Assembly (NCBI GenBank): GCA_028286545.1
Contig: JAQBRJ010000006.1
Location: 1 to 62,652, forward strand
Origin: Parcubacteria group bacterium
GTDB lineage: Bacteria; Patescibacteriota; Minisyncoccia; Phycocordibacterales; Phycocordibacteraceae
Reading direction: 5' to 3'
Length of the DNA stretch: 62,652 bases
Positions 33,617 to 41,886 of this stretch are shown one piece after another; positions within the stretch are counted from its first letter, which is position 1; every line of letters begins with the position of its first letter. The notes beneath the pieces are model-generated. The model had not been told where the DNA came from. It did no database searches and was given only the letters and a program-made list of their open reading frames with translations. The position numbers were made by a program, and so were the translations under genes.

Positions 33617-34384
33617 ATGGACTACGCAAAGACACATGTGCGCAGCTGGGTGTACATGGTGAGTATCGTGATTGCATTGGATATCTATGTCTTCGTAGGA
33701 AATTCTGAAGTAGGTACATTACGAATCATTCGACTTGAAGAAGGATTTGGTTTTGTCGCATCTCTCTATCTTTTGCTCGCACTCTTACCAACACCACTGT
33801 ATAGCGTATTTCCGTCTACTCCCGGTAAAGCGCTATATACGCAGGCACGACGCGCTATTGGTATTTCAACGTTTTGCTTTGCATTCCTGCATGCCAGCAT
33901 TTCGTTCTTTGGATTGCTGGATGGATTCGCAGGGATTCCGTTTCTTGATACTCGATACCTTATGCTGCTCGGGTGCGGCGCCATCGCACTGATCATTCTT
34001 TTCTTTCTTGCAGCCACATCCTTTGATATCGCCGTGAGGCTTATGGGCTCGTGGTGGAAACGCCTGCATCAATTCGTATATCTTGCAGGAGTGCTCACAT
34101 TTATTCACGTTACATTGCTTGGTTCTCACTTCAGTGACCCTTCGGCATTTTGGCCTATGTTGTTCATAACGGTGGCGTTTGCGTTTCTTGTGCTTGAAGC
34201 CGCAAGACTCGATAAGAAGTACGTGGCGGCACGGGAGGAACGGGCACCACGTTTCAGCGGAGTCTTCGTACTGTGCTGTGTAATCCTCACAGTAGTTTTT
34301 ATGATCCTGACCTCTGGCGATAGTGCCTTGCACGCTGGGCATGCTGGACACACGAGCGCCACTACCACATCCGTAACCCCATAA
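33617..34384 (+). CDS. Ferric-reductase-like transmembrane domain protein (YedZ/MsrQ-like heme b membrane protein)
   Basis: 255 aa with about six TM helices and conserved His in helices (FAFLHASISF, TFIHVTLLGSH). Confidence 0.55.
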   Translation: MDYAKTHVRSWVYMVSIVIALDIYVFVGNSEVGTLRIIRLEEGFGFVASLYLLLALLPTPLYSVFPSTPGKALYTQARRAIGISTFCFAFLHASISFFGLLDGFAGIPFLDTRYLMLLGCGAIALIILFFLAATSFDIAVRLMGSWWKRLHQFVYLAGVLTFIHVTLLGSHFSDPSAFWPMLFITVAFAFLVLEAARLDKKYVAAREERAPRFSGVFVLCCVILTVVFMILTSGDSALHAGHAGHTSATTTSVTP

Positions 34385-34386
34385 TC

Positions 34387-34965
34387 ATGACTCGTATATC
34401 TTCACTATCTGTCTCGGCATTTTCTATACTCATTGCTCTTTTCATAAGTGCCCAGGCTTTGATTATTCTACCTGCGTCGGCACATGCTCATACACTTGCG
34501 GTGGAAGGGGAAGTTGGCGCCACACTCCATATCGATCCAGCGGATGAACCGGTCGCTGGAAGTCCTTCAACTATCTACCTTGATTTTAAAAATAGTAAGC
34601 GCGAGTTTGATCCAAGTGAGTACGCCTTTGTTTTGAGCATTGGTCAGAATGGATCTCCCATTGCCAGCACGACACTCTTTGGAAACGGAGAGACAGGAGC
34701 TACCGCTTCGTATACTTATACCTTTGCACAGCCTGGAGACTATGTGATTAGGATAGTCGGAACTCCCAAGGATGGAGATGAGCCAACAACGCTTACCTTC
34801 GACACGCATGTGAGTTCAGCGGTACCAACGCAAAAGAATGGGCTCTTCGCCTTTCTTGGCGTCCACGGCGGGCACGCGCTGATTATCCTGCTTCTTATAG
34901 CTATTCTAGTTATTGTCGTGGGGTATGAGAAGTGGAAGGAATACAGAATAAAACGAGGTGACTAA
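34387..34965 (+). CDS. Secreted protein with a C-terminal membrane anchor, hypothetical
   Basis: 192 aa with a signal peptide ending ASAHAHT, a beta-sandwich-like middle (ATLHIDPADEPVAG...IYLDF) and a C-terminal TM helix. It starts 3 nt after the preceding gene. Confidence 0.55.
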   Translation: MTRISSLSVSAFSILIALFISAQALIILPASAHAHTLAVEGEVGATLHIDPADEPVAGSPSTIYLDFKNSKREFDPSEYAFVLSIGQNGSPIASTTLFGNGETGATASYTYTFAQPGDYVIRIVGTPKDGDEPTTLTFDTHVSSAVPTQKNGLFAFLGVHGGHALIILLLIAILVIVVGYEKWKEYRIKRGD

Positions 34966-34982
34966 TTGCGGGTCAGGATTTG

Positions 34983-35010
34983 TTGACAAGAAATAGCAGC
35001 GGAATATAAT
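34983..35010 (+). promoter_or_regulatory. Consensus sigma-70-type promoter (unit A)
   Basis: TTGACA (34983-34988), a 16-nt spacer, then TATAAT (35005-35010). Both hexamers match the consensus exactly. Confidence 0.5.
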
Positions 35011-35019
35011 AGGCACATC

Positions 35020-35055
35020 AGACCTGAACGGTATCCTAAATGGGTGCCGTTCGTT
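35020..35055 (+). repeat. 36-nt repeat copy A: 11-bp hairpin plus U-rich tail (small RNA or terminator/attenuator)
   Basis: AGACCTGAACGGTATCCTAAATGGGTGCCGTTCGTT. The stem is 35026-35036 / 35042-35052 with loop TAAAT. It begins 9 nt after the -10 hexamer. Confidence 0.5.
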
Positions 35056-35075
35056 GTTTATAAGTGTATCCTCAC

Positions 35076-35103
35076 TTGATCTGGATTTTTAGAAGTATAT
35101 AAT
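35076..35103 (+). promoter_or_regulatory. Sigma-70-type promoter (unit B)
   Basis: TTGATC (35076-35081), a 16-nt spacer, then TATAAT (35098-35103). Confidence 0.4.
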
Positions 35104-35112
35104 TATGAGACT

Positions 35113-35148
35113 AGACTTGAACGGCATCCTAAATGGGTGCCGTTCGTT
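35113..35148 (+). repeat. 36-nt repeat copy B: same hairpin followed by GTTTTAT
   Basis: AGACTTGAACGGCATCCTAAATGGGTGCCGTTCGTT, with 2 differences from copy A. One converts a U-G stem pair to C-G. It lies 93 nt from copy A and again starts 9 nt after a TATAAT. Confidence 0.5.
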
Positions 35149-35152
35149 TTAT

Positions 35153-35320
35153 CTATTTGAATTTTAAACGTTCACGCAAATACTCAAAATCTCTAAAGTT
35201 ACTTCCTGCAAACTGCTTTATTTCTCTAGCGGTACGTAGACCTCGAGAAAGTACAATGATTTCTTTGTTTCCTTCTCTTAGATATTTAAGAACTTTGAAC
35301 CCGTATTTTCTTGTCCCCAT
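35153..35320 (-). CDS. Possible 55-aa small protein divergent from lexA (below the ORF-track cut-off)
   Basis: My own translation: MGTRKYGFKVLKYLREGNKEIIVLSRGLRTAREIKQFAGSNFRDFEYLRERLKFK. It fills an otherwise empty gap. No SD, as for most genes here. Confidence 0.3.
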   Translation of the reverse strand: MGTRKYGFKVLKYLREGNKEIIVLSRGLRTAREIKQFAGSNFRDFEYLRERLKFK

Positions 35321-35330
35321 GCTGTATGGA

Positions 35331-35360
35331 TTGACGTTCGAACAGTTGTTCGACTATACT
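35331..35360 (+). promoter_or_regulatory. lexA promoter with an embedded Cheo-type LexA (SOS) box
   Basis: TTGACG (35331-35336), then CGAACAGTTGTTCG (35339-35352, a perfect CGAAC-N4-GTTCG palindrome), then TATACT (35355-35360). The lexA ATG is at 35368, so the mRNA may be nearly leaderless. Confidence 0.75.
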
Positions 35361-35367
35361 AGTAGGT

Positions 35368-35931
35368 ATGAAAGCTGGTGTTGTAGAAAAGGTGCGTTCG
35401 TTCTATCGAGGTCATAAGCGCATGCCGTCCATTACGGAGCTTATGGCGCTTCTTTCGCTTGCGTCGCGCAGCTCTGCCTTCTACGTATCGAATCAGCTCA
35501 TTGAAGCGGGATTGGTGGAGAAAGATAAACAGGGGAAGTTGATACCCGCTGCAGGCTTCTATGCAGTGCCAAGGCTCGGGCACATTCGCGCGGGTTTTGC
35601 TGCGCCTGCCGAAGAAGAACTCGCAGACACCATAACGGTTGGCGAATACTTGGTACCGCACCCCGATGCAAGCTACTTGCTTACGGTCGAAGGGGATTCA
35701 ATGATAGACGCCGGCATACAGTCAGGCGATACAGTTGCCTTTGAGCGCACGAAAGATGTAAAAGTCGGAGACATCGTGGTTGCTCTTACCGAAGACGGAT
35801 ATACCCTTAAATACCTCCGTCGCAAGGCAGGTCAGCTGTATCTGGAAGCAGCGAACGATGCGTATCCTGATATTCATCCTCGTGAAGGAGAGATCATCGG
35901 GAAAGTCGTATCGACGTTCAGAACGTATTAA
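35368..35931 (+). CDS. lexA: LexA repressor (S24 peptidase)
   Basis: 187 aa. N-terminal winged-helix region, RAGFAAP cleavage-site region, EGDSM (catalytic Ser) and TLKYL (catalytic Lys). Confidence 0.9.
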   Translation: MKAGVVEKVRSFYRGHKRMPSITELMALLSLASRSSAFYVSNQLIEAGLVEKDKQGKLIPAAGFYAVPRLGHIRAGFAAPAEEELADTITVGEYLVPHPDASYLLTVEGDSMIDAGIQSGDTVAFERTKDVKVGDIVVALTEDGYTLKYLRRKAGQLYLEAANDAYPDIHPREGEIIGKVVSTFRTY

Positions 35932-35936
35932 ACGCC

Positions 35937-37238
35937 ATGCCTTTGAACCGCTCGTATCCTCGAGCCATTGTTCACTTCGATGCAGATTCGTTCTTTGCAT
36001 CGGTAGAACAGGTAATGAATCACAACTTGCGTGGTAAAGCTGTGGTGACAGGAGGTGAACGCGGTGCAGCAACGTCAGTGAGTATAGAGGGAAAGAAACT
36101 TGGATTGTATCGTGGCATGAGCCTGCGAGATATGAAAAAGATGTGCCCAGACGTCGTCATCGTTTCAAGCGACTACACCTCCTATTCAATTTTTGCCCGC
36201 CGCATGTACTCTATTGCGCGCGAGTTCACACCACACGTGGAGGAATATAGTATCGACGAATGCTTTGCCGACATTACCGGATTACGCTCCCAATTCCACA
36301 CCTCGTACGAAGGCATTGCACAATTGATTCAAAAACGATTACATGCAGAACTCGGCATTACCTTCGGTGTAGGTTTGGGACCAAGTAAGACGATTGCCAA
36401 GATTGCATCCAAGCTCAACAAGCCAGCAGGCTTTACTCCAATTCCTACGCGAGCGATTCCGTCGGTACTTAGTGATATTCCTATCGGCAGTTTATGGGGT
36501 GTTGGATACTCCACGAGTTTCAAGTTCGAGAAACTCGGTGTGCACACTGCATTGGACTTTGCACAGAAAACAGACGGGTGGCTTAAAGAGCATGGATTAG
36601 CAAAGCCGTATCGGGATATTTGGTTGGAGCTGAACGGTGCGTTTGTACGCAAACTTGCAACCACGCCAGATGACTCTATTGGCTCTATCTTGCAATCACG
36701 AACCTTCACACCGACCAATGATCGCCGTGTATTGTTTTCGCAGTTGGCAAAGAACATTGAGGGAGCATGTGCAAAGGCACGCCGGCACGGCGTGCGGGGG
36801 AGTTCCTGCAGATTCTATCTTAAGACTCAGGAATTTACGTATGCCGGCAAGAATCTAAGCATGTCGATACCACTCAGTGATCCACGTGAATTCCTACGGC
36901 TCATCGAAGCACACTTTGATAGCGTATATATTCCCGGCACGATGTATCGTGCGAGTGGATTTGGTCTCTACGCAATTACGAGCGAGCACGCAATCATGCC
37001 GGACTTGTTTGGTGAGACAGTACGCGTAGAAAGTCAGTCCAAACTCATTGAAACCATGGATTCTCTTAATCAAAAATACGGGAAGCATACGCTTCATTTA
37101 GGAGTGAGTCATAGTGCGGTGACCAATGAGGACCAGAGACAGGTTGAGCGACGAAAACGTTCACGCCCACGCATGCATATGTCTCTCGAACAAAAGAGAA
37201 AGACTATCAATCTTCCGTATTTAGGAGTCGTACGATAG
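35937..37238 (+). CDS. dinB: Y-family DNA polymerase (DinB / Pol IV-like)
   Basis: 433 aa. IVHFDADSFFASVEQ, SIDECFADIT, GLGPSKTIAKIASKLNKP and LWGVG. It lies 5 nt after lexA. Confidence 0.85.
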   Translation: MPLNRSYPRAIVHFDADSFFASVEQVMNHNLRGKAVVTGGERGAATSVSIEGKKLGLYRGMSLRDMKKMCPDVVIVSSDYTSYSIFARRMYSIAREFTPHVEEYSIDECFADITGLRSQFHTSYEGIAQLIQKRLHAELGITFGVGLGPSKTIAKIASKLNKPAGFTPIPTRAIPSVLSDIPIGSLWGVGYSTSFKFEKLGVHTALDFAQKTDGWLKEHGLAKPYRDIWLELNGAFVRKLATTPDDSIGSILQSRTFTPTNDRRVLFSQLAKNIEGACAKARRHGVRGSSCRFYLKTQEFTYAGKNLSMSIPLSDPREFLRLIEAHFDSVYIPGTMYRASGFGLYAITSEHAIMPDLFGETVRVESQSKLIETMDSLNQKYGKHTLHLGVSHSAVTNEDQRQVERRKRSRPRMHMSLEQKRKTINLPYLGVVR

Positions 37239-37248
37239 TTCCTTACCC

Positions 37249-38730
37249 ATGAAAGAATTCCCTGAAATATTTTCCATACTAGACACCGAAACGACGGGAA
37301 TGCGCCCGCCGTATTCGCGCGTCATCGACATTGGTATTATTCGCGTTGAACATGGAAAGGTTGTGGAACGTTTCCAAACCCTGATCAATCCTGGTGTTTC
37401 TATTCCGTCCTACATACGACGCTTCACGAATATATCCGACGAAGACCTGATGGATGCACCGTCATTTGAAGACATTGCACTGCAGATACAGGAATTATTG
37501 AGTGGAGCAGTATTCGTGGCCCACAACGCTCCGTTTGATTATGGTTTTGTGAAGTCTGAGTTTGCCCGTATCAATATGCCATTTTCTGCTGAGACGCTGT
37601 GTAGTGTGCGATTCTCACGGGCACTTCTACCAAAAGCTCGTAGCCACAGCTTGGACGCGATTATTAGCCGGTATGGGCTTTCCGTTTCAGAACGTCATCG
37701 TGCGCTCCCGGATGCAGAAGCTGTCTGGGATTTCTTTACCCGCGTGAACGGTGAGCATGACCCACAGGACATACGAAGGGCACTGGAGGCAGCGCGCTCC
37801 GGGAGTCGCGGGAAACATGCGCCAGGATTGGTCAAAGAAACGTTCACTGACTTACCGGATTCTGCGGGTGTGTACTTCTTCTATGGGCCTGAACAAGAAC
37901 TTTTATACGTGGGAAAGAGCAAGCACGTGCGAACACGTGCACGTTCGCATTTTAATCAAAGCGCCCAAAACAAAAAACGACATCTTCAAGAAGGAACATC
38001 GAGTGTGCAGTCTATACGTACGTCCGGAGAACTGTCCGCACTCATTCTCGAAGCAGCCCTCATAAAGTCAGAGTCACCGATCTACAACCGTGCGTTGCGT
38101 AAACGCAAGACGCTCGTTATTGCGCAAGCTCAGACTGCAGACGATGGATATATAACGATTCTTCTCACGCGAGCAAGTGGTATGCCTGATGCGGCCAATG
38201 CGCTCGGAATATTTAGAACAACAACACAAGCAAAACTAACACTCCGTGAACTTGCAAAAGAATATAGACTTTGCCCAAAACTCATGGGCCTCGAGGCGGG
38301 TGGCGGAGCGTGTTTTGCGTACCAACTAGGGCAGTGCAATGGTGCCTGCATTGGTAAAGAAGATTCGGCGACGTATAACGAACGATTACAAGAAGCATTC
38401 AGTAAACGTCGTTTTAAGACATGGCCGTATAAAGGAACGGTTATGATCGACGAAAAAGAAGATGCAGAAAGCGGCACTGTGTTCTTTATCGATAATTGGA
38501 TTGTTCTCGGTGCCTTTCGGTATAGTGGAGATGAATACGAACCGCTGAGCGAGTCAGTGGGAGTAGACGCAAGCTTTGATTACGATACCTATAAGATTCT
38601 CGTACGATTCATGCTTAATCCCAAAAATCGTAGAGCAGTACGCGTACTTACTAAAAACGAATACACCGCGGCATATGCGCGGTGTACAGGTTCATATGAG
38701 ACTGATGTCTCGTACGAAGAAACGTTCTAA
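37249..38730 (+). CDS. DnaQ-like 3'-5' exonuclease fused to a GIY-YIG (UvrC/Cho-like) nuclease domain
   Basis: 493 aa. ILDTETTG (ExoI), VAHNAPFDYGF (ExoII) and HRALPDAE (ExoIII), followed by GVYFFYG...LLYVGKSKHVRTRARSHF...IYN (GIY-YIG). Confidence 0.8.
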   Translation: MKEFPEIFSILDTETTGMRPPYSRVIDIGIIRVEHGKVVERFQTLINPGVSIPSYIRRFTNISDEDLMDAPSFEDIALQIQELLSGAVFVAHNAPFDYGFVKSEFARINMPFSAETLCSVRFSRALLPKARSHSLDAIISRYGLSVSERHRALPDAEAVWDFFTRVNGEHDPQDIRRALEAARSGSRGKHAPGLVKETFTDLPDSAGVYFFYGPEQELLYVGKSKHVRTRARSHFNQSAQNKKRHLQEGTSSVQSIRTSGELSALILEAALIKSESPIYNRALRKRKTLVIAQAQTADDGYITILLTRASGMPDAANALGIFRTTTQAKLTLRELAKEYRLCPKLMGLEAGGGACFAYQLGQCNGACIGKEDSATYNERLQEAFSKRRFKTWPYKGTVMIDEKEDAESGTVFFIDNWIVLGAFRYSGDEYEPLSESVGVDASFDYDTYKILVRFMLNPKNRRAVRVLTKNEYTAAYARCTGSYETDVSYEETF

Positions 38731-41700
38731 GAGATATCTTCGGGTTTTGCTGGCGCGTGACTTGCATACTGCTTACGTATGCGGCTTCCTGGCCAACGAT
38801 AGTACAGCATCGGGATAAGCACGAGGGTGAGCAAGAGTGACCATGCAAGACCGAACATGATTGCGAAGGCAAGTGGTCCCCAGAATGCGCTCGCAAGGGT
38901 GAGCGGAATCATACCGATCACGGTTACAACCGTCGTAAGAAGGATAGGGCGAAGACGAGTCGATGCCGCTTCTACCACCACTTCCTCGAGAGAGAAGTCG
39001 GTATGCTCACGATGGATGCGAGCAATCGAGTCCATCAGAATGATGGCGTGGTTAATAATCACACCGGCCAGGGCTATGACACCGAGCATAGACGGAAGCG
39101 AGAGTGGTTGGCCTGCGATGGTAAGTCCTGCAAACACACCGACGAGGGAGAGTGGAATGATTGAGAGCAAATAGAATGACTGGCGGAATGAGTTAAACTC
39201 AAGCACGAGAATCGAGAGCATAAGTGCCGCACCTGCAATAAGGGCGATGAAGAGTTGGGTGAAGGAATCCGAAACGTCTGCTGCTGCGCCCCCAACTTTC
39301 ATCGTCACGCCTTTACCGAGCATGTCTGACGTGAACTTCTTTTGGAACGTGTTGCTAATGTCGATAGCGTTTGCATTTTTTGCAACGTCCGCCGTGACTG
39401 TGGTCATGCGATTGCCAGCTTCATGCGTGATGGATGTCTGCGCCGGAGCGTAGGTGATAGTAGCGATGCTCGAGAGGGGTACAGGCCCTTGCTTACCAGG
39501 CACCGTAAGCGCACGCACCGCATCAATTGAGACGGTTGTTGTTTGGCTTGGATCCTTATAGTTAGGATTGAGGTCAAGCTTTGTGCGTACTTCAATGTCG
39601 TCTTTGCCGGTACGAATAGAGGTAGCTTTCGTACTGAAGAGGGCCGTACGGAGGGTATCGGCTACGGTAAGGGGAGAAACGCCGAGCGCCGCTGCCTTTG
39701 CGCTATCAAGCGATACAACGAATTCAGCGCTTGAGTTCTTTGTATCAGTATTTACCGTCACGACTCCTGGAATGTCGCTAAGGAGATGTGCGGCATTGTC
39801 TGCTGAGGTAGCGAGCGCACCAAGATCTTCACCCGTGAAAGTGAGGGTGACCGGGGCCGCCGCAGGCGGCCCACCCGCAGGCTCGCCAACCGTAATAGTT
39901 GCCGAGGTAACTGATGCAAGCTGCTTACGAAGTTCAATGACAAAGTCTGCGCTTGATTGCTTGTGACCTTCTGGGAGATTCACCGTAATGTTTCCGACGT
40001 TGCCACCTCCACCAGGGCCACCACCAAATCCGCTTCCTGCGAATGATGAACCGGCACCCGTCTCACTTACGAAGGACGATACATGCGGATTCGCATACAA
40101 TACCTCTTCTACTTCGCGCAAAGAAAGATCAGTGTTCCCAATCACGGTACCCTGTGGTTTTTCAATCTGCACATACACAAAGTCAGAATCTGCACCTGGG
40201 AAGAAGATTGATTTCAAGAGACCGGTTGCAGGAAGAGCAAGCGAAAGGATAAAGAGTCCAATCATTGCTGCCAGAAAGCGATTCTGATTCTTCTTATTGG
40301 CGAGGAAACGATGCAAGAAACTCTGATACCAGTCCTTTGCGGCGCGGTTGTAGCGCTCCTGACGAGAGTTATCAATTGCGTGCGTTGGATGCACGAAGTA
40401 AATAGCAAGCAACGGAACAATGCCGAGGGCTACGAAGATACTCGCAAGAAGCACGAATATAACCGTAAATGGAATACTTGCGAGGAATTTACCAACAATT
40501 CCTGAAAGGAAGAAGAGCGGTACGAATACGGCGATAGTGGTGAAGGTACCTGCAACGAGTGGCCATGCGTACTCTCGAATTGCTGCAACGGCAGCTTCGT
40601 CTTTATCACCATACTTAAGAAGGCGCGTATGGAATGCCTCAACCACCACAATGCCTGAGTCCACCAAGATACCTATGGCGAGGATGAGTGAGAAGAGGGA
40701 AACGTTGTTGAGGGAATTGCCGGTGGCAAGCATGCCAATGAAGGCAATGAGGAACGAGAGCGGAATACTTGCTGCAGCAACAAGTGACTCACGAAGGCCG
40801 AGCGTAAAGTAGAGCACAATCATAACAAGTATGACTGTTTCGATGCCCGCACGCGTAAGCTCAGTGAGACTTTTACCCACTTCCTTTCCTCCGTCGTATG
40901 ACGTCACCGTATTGGTACCTGCGAGAATACCGGTTTGAAGCTCAGCAAGTTTTGCCTGTACCGCCTGACTGACCTGTGCGATGTTGCCACCACGACTCTT
41001 GAAAATAGTGAGAGTGAGTGACGGCTCAGCGGGAGAACCTTTTACCGAAACGCGAGAATACGTTGAAGGGTCTTGGAGTCCATCAACGACCTCGGCAACA
41101 TCACCGACGCGTACTGATGCACCGGTGTTTGTTGGAATAACAACATTAGCAACTTCATCGGTTGTGGTAACGGCTGATTCAAAACGCACTGCGTACTGCA
41201 CGCCATCGATGGTGATCGCTCCAGCAGGGGAGGCAACACCGGCATTGCGGATAGCCGTTGTAATATCTGAAAGCGAGAGACCGTATTGCTGAAGACTTGC
41301 TTGGTGTGCAATGACTTGCACCTGGCGAGCACGCACACCGGAGACAGAAACTTTCGATACGCCCGGTACGCGTTTCACTTCGTCACTCACTTCCTGACTG
41401 AGTGCGGTAAGCTCACCTGCGGCAAGATTTCCTGAAATAGAAACTTCAAGTATTGGTTGATCGGAGAAGTTAACGTCTGACACCGTTGGCGCAAGTGCTT
41501 CCGTTGGCAAATCAGGACGTACTTTATCTACAGCATCCTTAAGAAGCTGAATAGACTTATCAATGTTTGCACTTGAATCAAATTCAACAGAGACGCTTGA
41601 GATACCTGCGCCAGACGTGGATGTGACTTTCGACACGTGCTCAACACCCAGTACGCCGCTTTCAATCTTGTCTGTCACGAGGCGTTCAACGTCTGGCGCC

Positions 41701-41867
41701 GATGCACCAGGAAGAGCGGTGACTACGATACCCAGCGGAATAGTAATGTCCGGAGTTGATTCCTTTGGAATAGCAACGATTGCATACAAACCACTGATAG
41801 CAAGAACAACGACGATAAAGATCGTAAAGCTGCGCTTAGTGAGGAAGAAGCTCCAGAATTTTGTCAT
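38727..41867 (-). CDS. RND-family efflux transporter permease (AcrB/HAE-like)
   Basis: 1,046 aa. Twelve-TM two-fold repeat architecture with two large loops. Motifs include SLNNVSLFSLILAIGILVDSGIVVVE and GVIINHAIILMDSI. Confidence 0.9.
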   Translation of the reverse strand: MTKFWSFFLTKRSFTIFIVVVLAISGLYAIVAIPKESTPDITIPLGIVVTALPGASAPDVERLVTDKIESGVLGVEHVSKVTSTSGAGISSVSVEFDSSANIDKSIQLLKDAVDKVRPDLPTEALAPTVSDVNFSDQPILEVSISGNLAAGELTALSQEVSDEVKRVPGVSKVSVSGVRARQVQVIAHQASLQQYGLSLSDITTAIRNAGVASPAGAITIDGVQYAVRFESAVTTTDEVANVVIPTNTGASVRVGDVAEVVDGLQDPSTYSRVSVKGSPAEPSLTLTIFKSRGGNIAQVSQAVQAKLAELQTGILAGTNTVTSYDGGKEVGKSLTELTRAGIETVILVMIVLYFTLGLRESLVAAASIPLSFLIAFIGMLATGNSLNNVSLFSLILAIGILVDSGIVVVEAFHTRLLKYGDKDEAAVAAIREYAWPLVAGTFTTIAVFVPLFFLSGIVGKFLASIPFTVIFVLLASIFVALGIVPLLAIYFVHPTHAIDNSRQERYNRAAKDWYQSFLHRFLANKKNQNRFLAAMIGLFILSLALPATGLLKSIFFPGADSDFVYVQIEKPQGTVIGNTDLSLREVEEVLYANPHVSSFVSETGAGSSFAGSGFGGGPGGGGNVGNITVNLPEGHKQSSADFVIELRKQLASVTSATITVGEPAGGPPAAAPVTLTFTGEDLGALATSADNAAHLLSDIPGVVTVNTDTKNSSAEFVVSLDSAKAAALGVSPLTVADTLRTALFSTKATSIRTGKDDIEVRTKLDLNPNYKDPSQTTTVSIDAVRALTVPGKQGPVPLSSIATITYAPAQTSITHEAGNRMTTVTADVAKNANAIDISNTFQKKFTSDMLGKGVTMKVGGAAADVSDSFTQLFIALIAGAALMLSILVLEFNSFRQSFYLLSIIPLSLVGVFAGLTIAGQPLSLPSMLGVIALAGVIINHAIILMDSIARIHREHTDFSLEEVVVEAASTRLRPILLTTVVTVIGMIPLTLASAFWGPLAFAIMFGLAWSLLLTLVLIPMLYYRWPGSRIRKQYASHAPAKPEDIS

Positions 41868-41886
41868 GGGTATAGGTTCTACTCAA

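Noticed and set aside
35026-35145. The GAAC...GTTC arms of the two repeat hairpins as additional LexA boxes.
   Set aside because: The half-sites are 19 nt apart, not the 4 nt of the Cheo consensus. The true box is at 35339-35352.
35133-35417. 94-aa + strand ORF spanning repeat unit B, the intergenic region and the lexA promoter.
   Set aside because: It runs through a terminator-like hairpin, the SOS box and the lexA start in another frame. The translation has no recognisable features.
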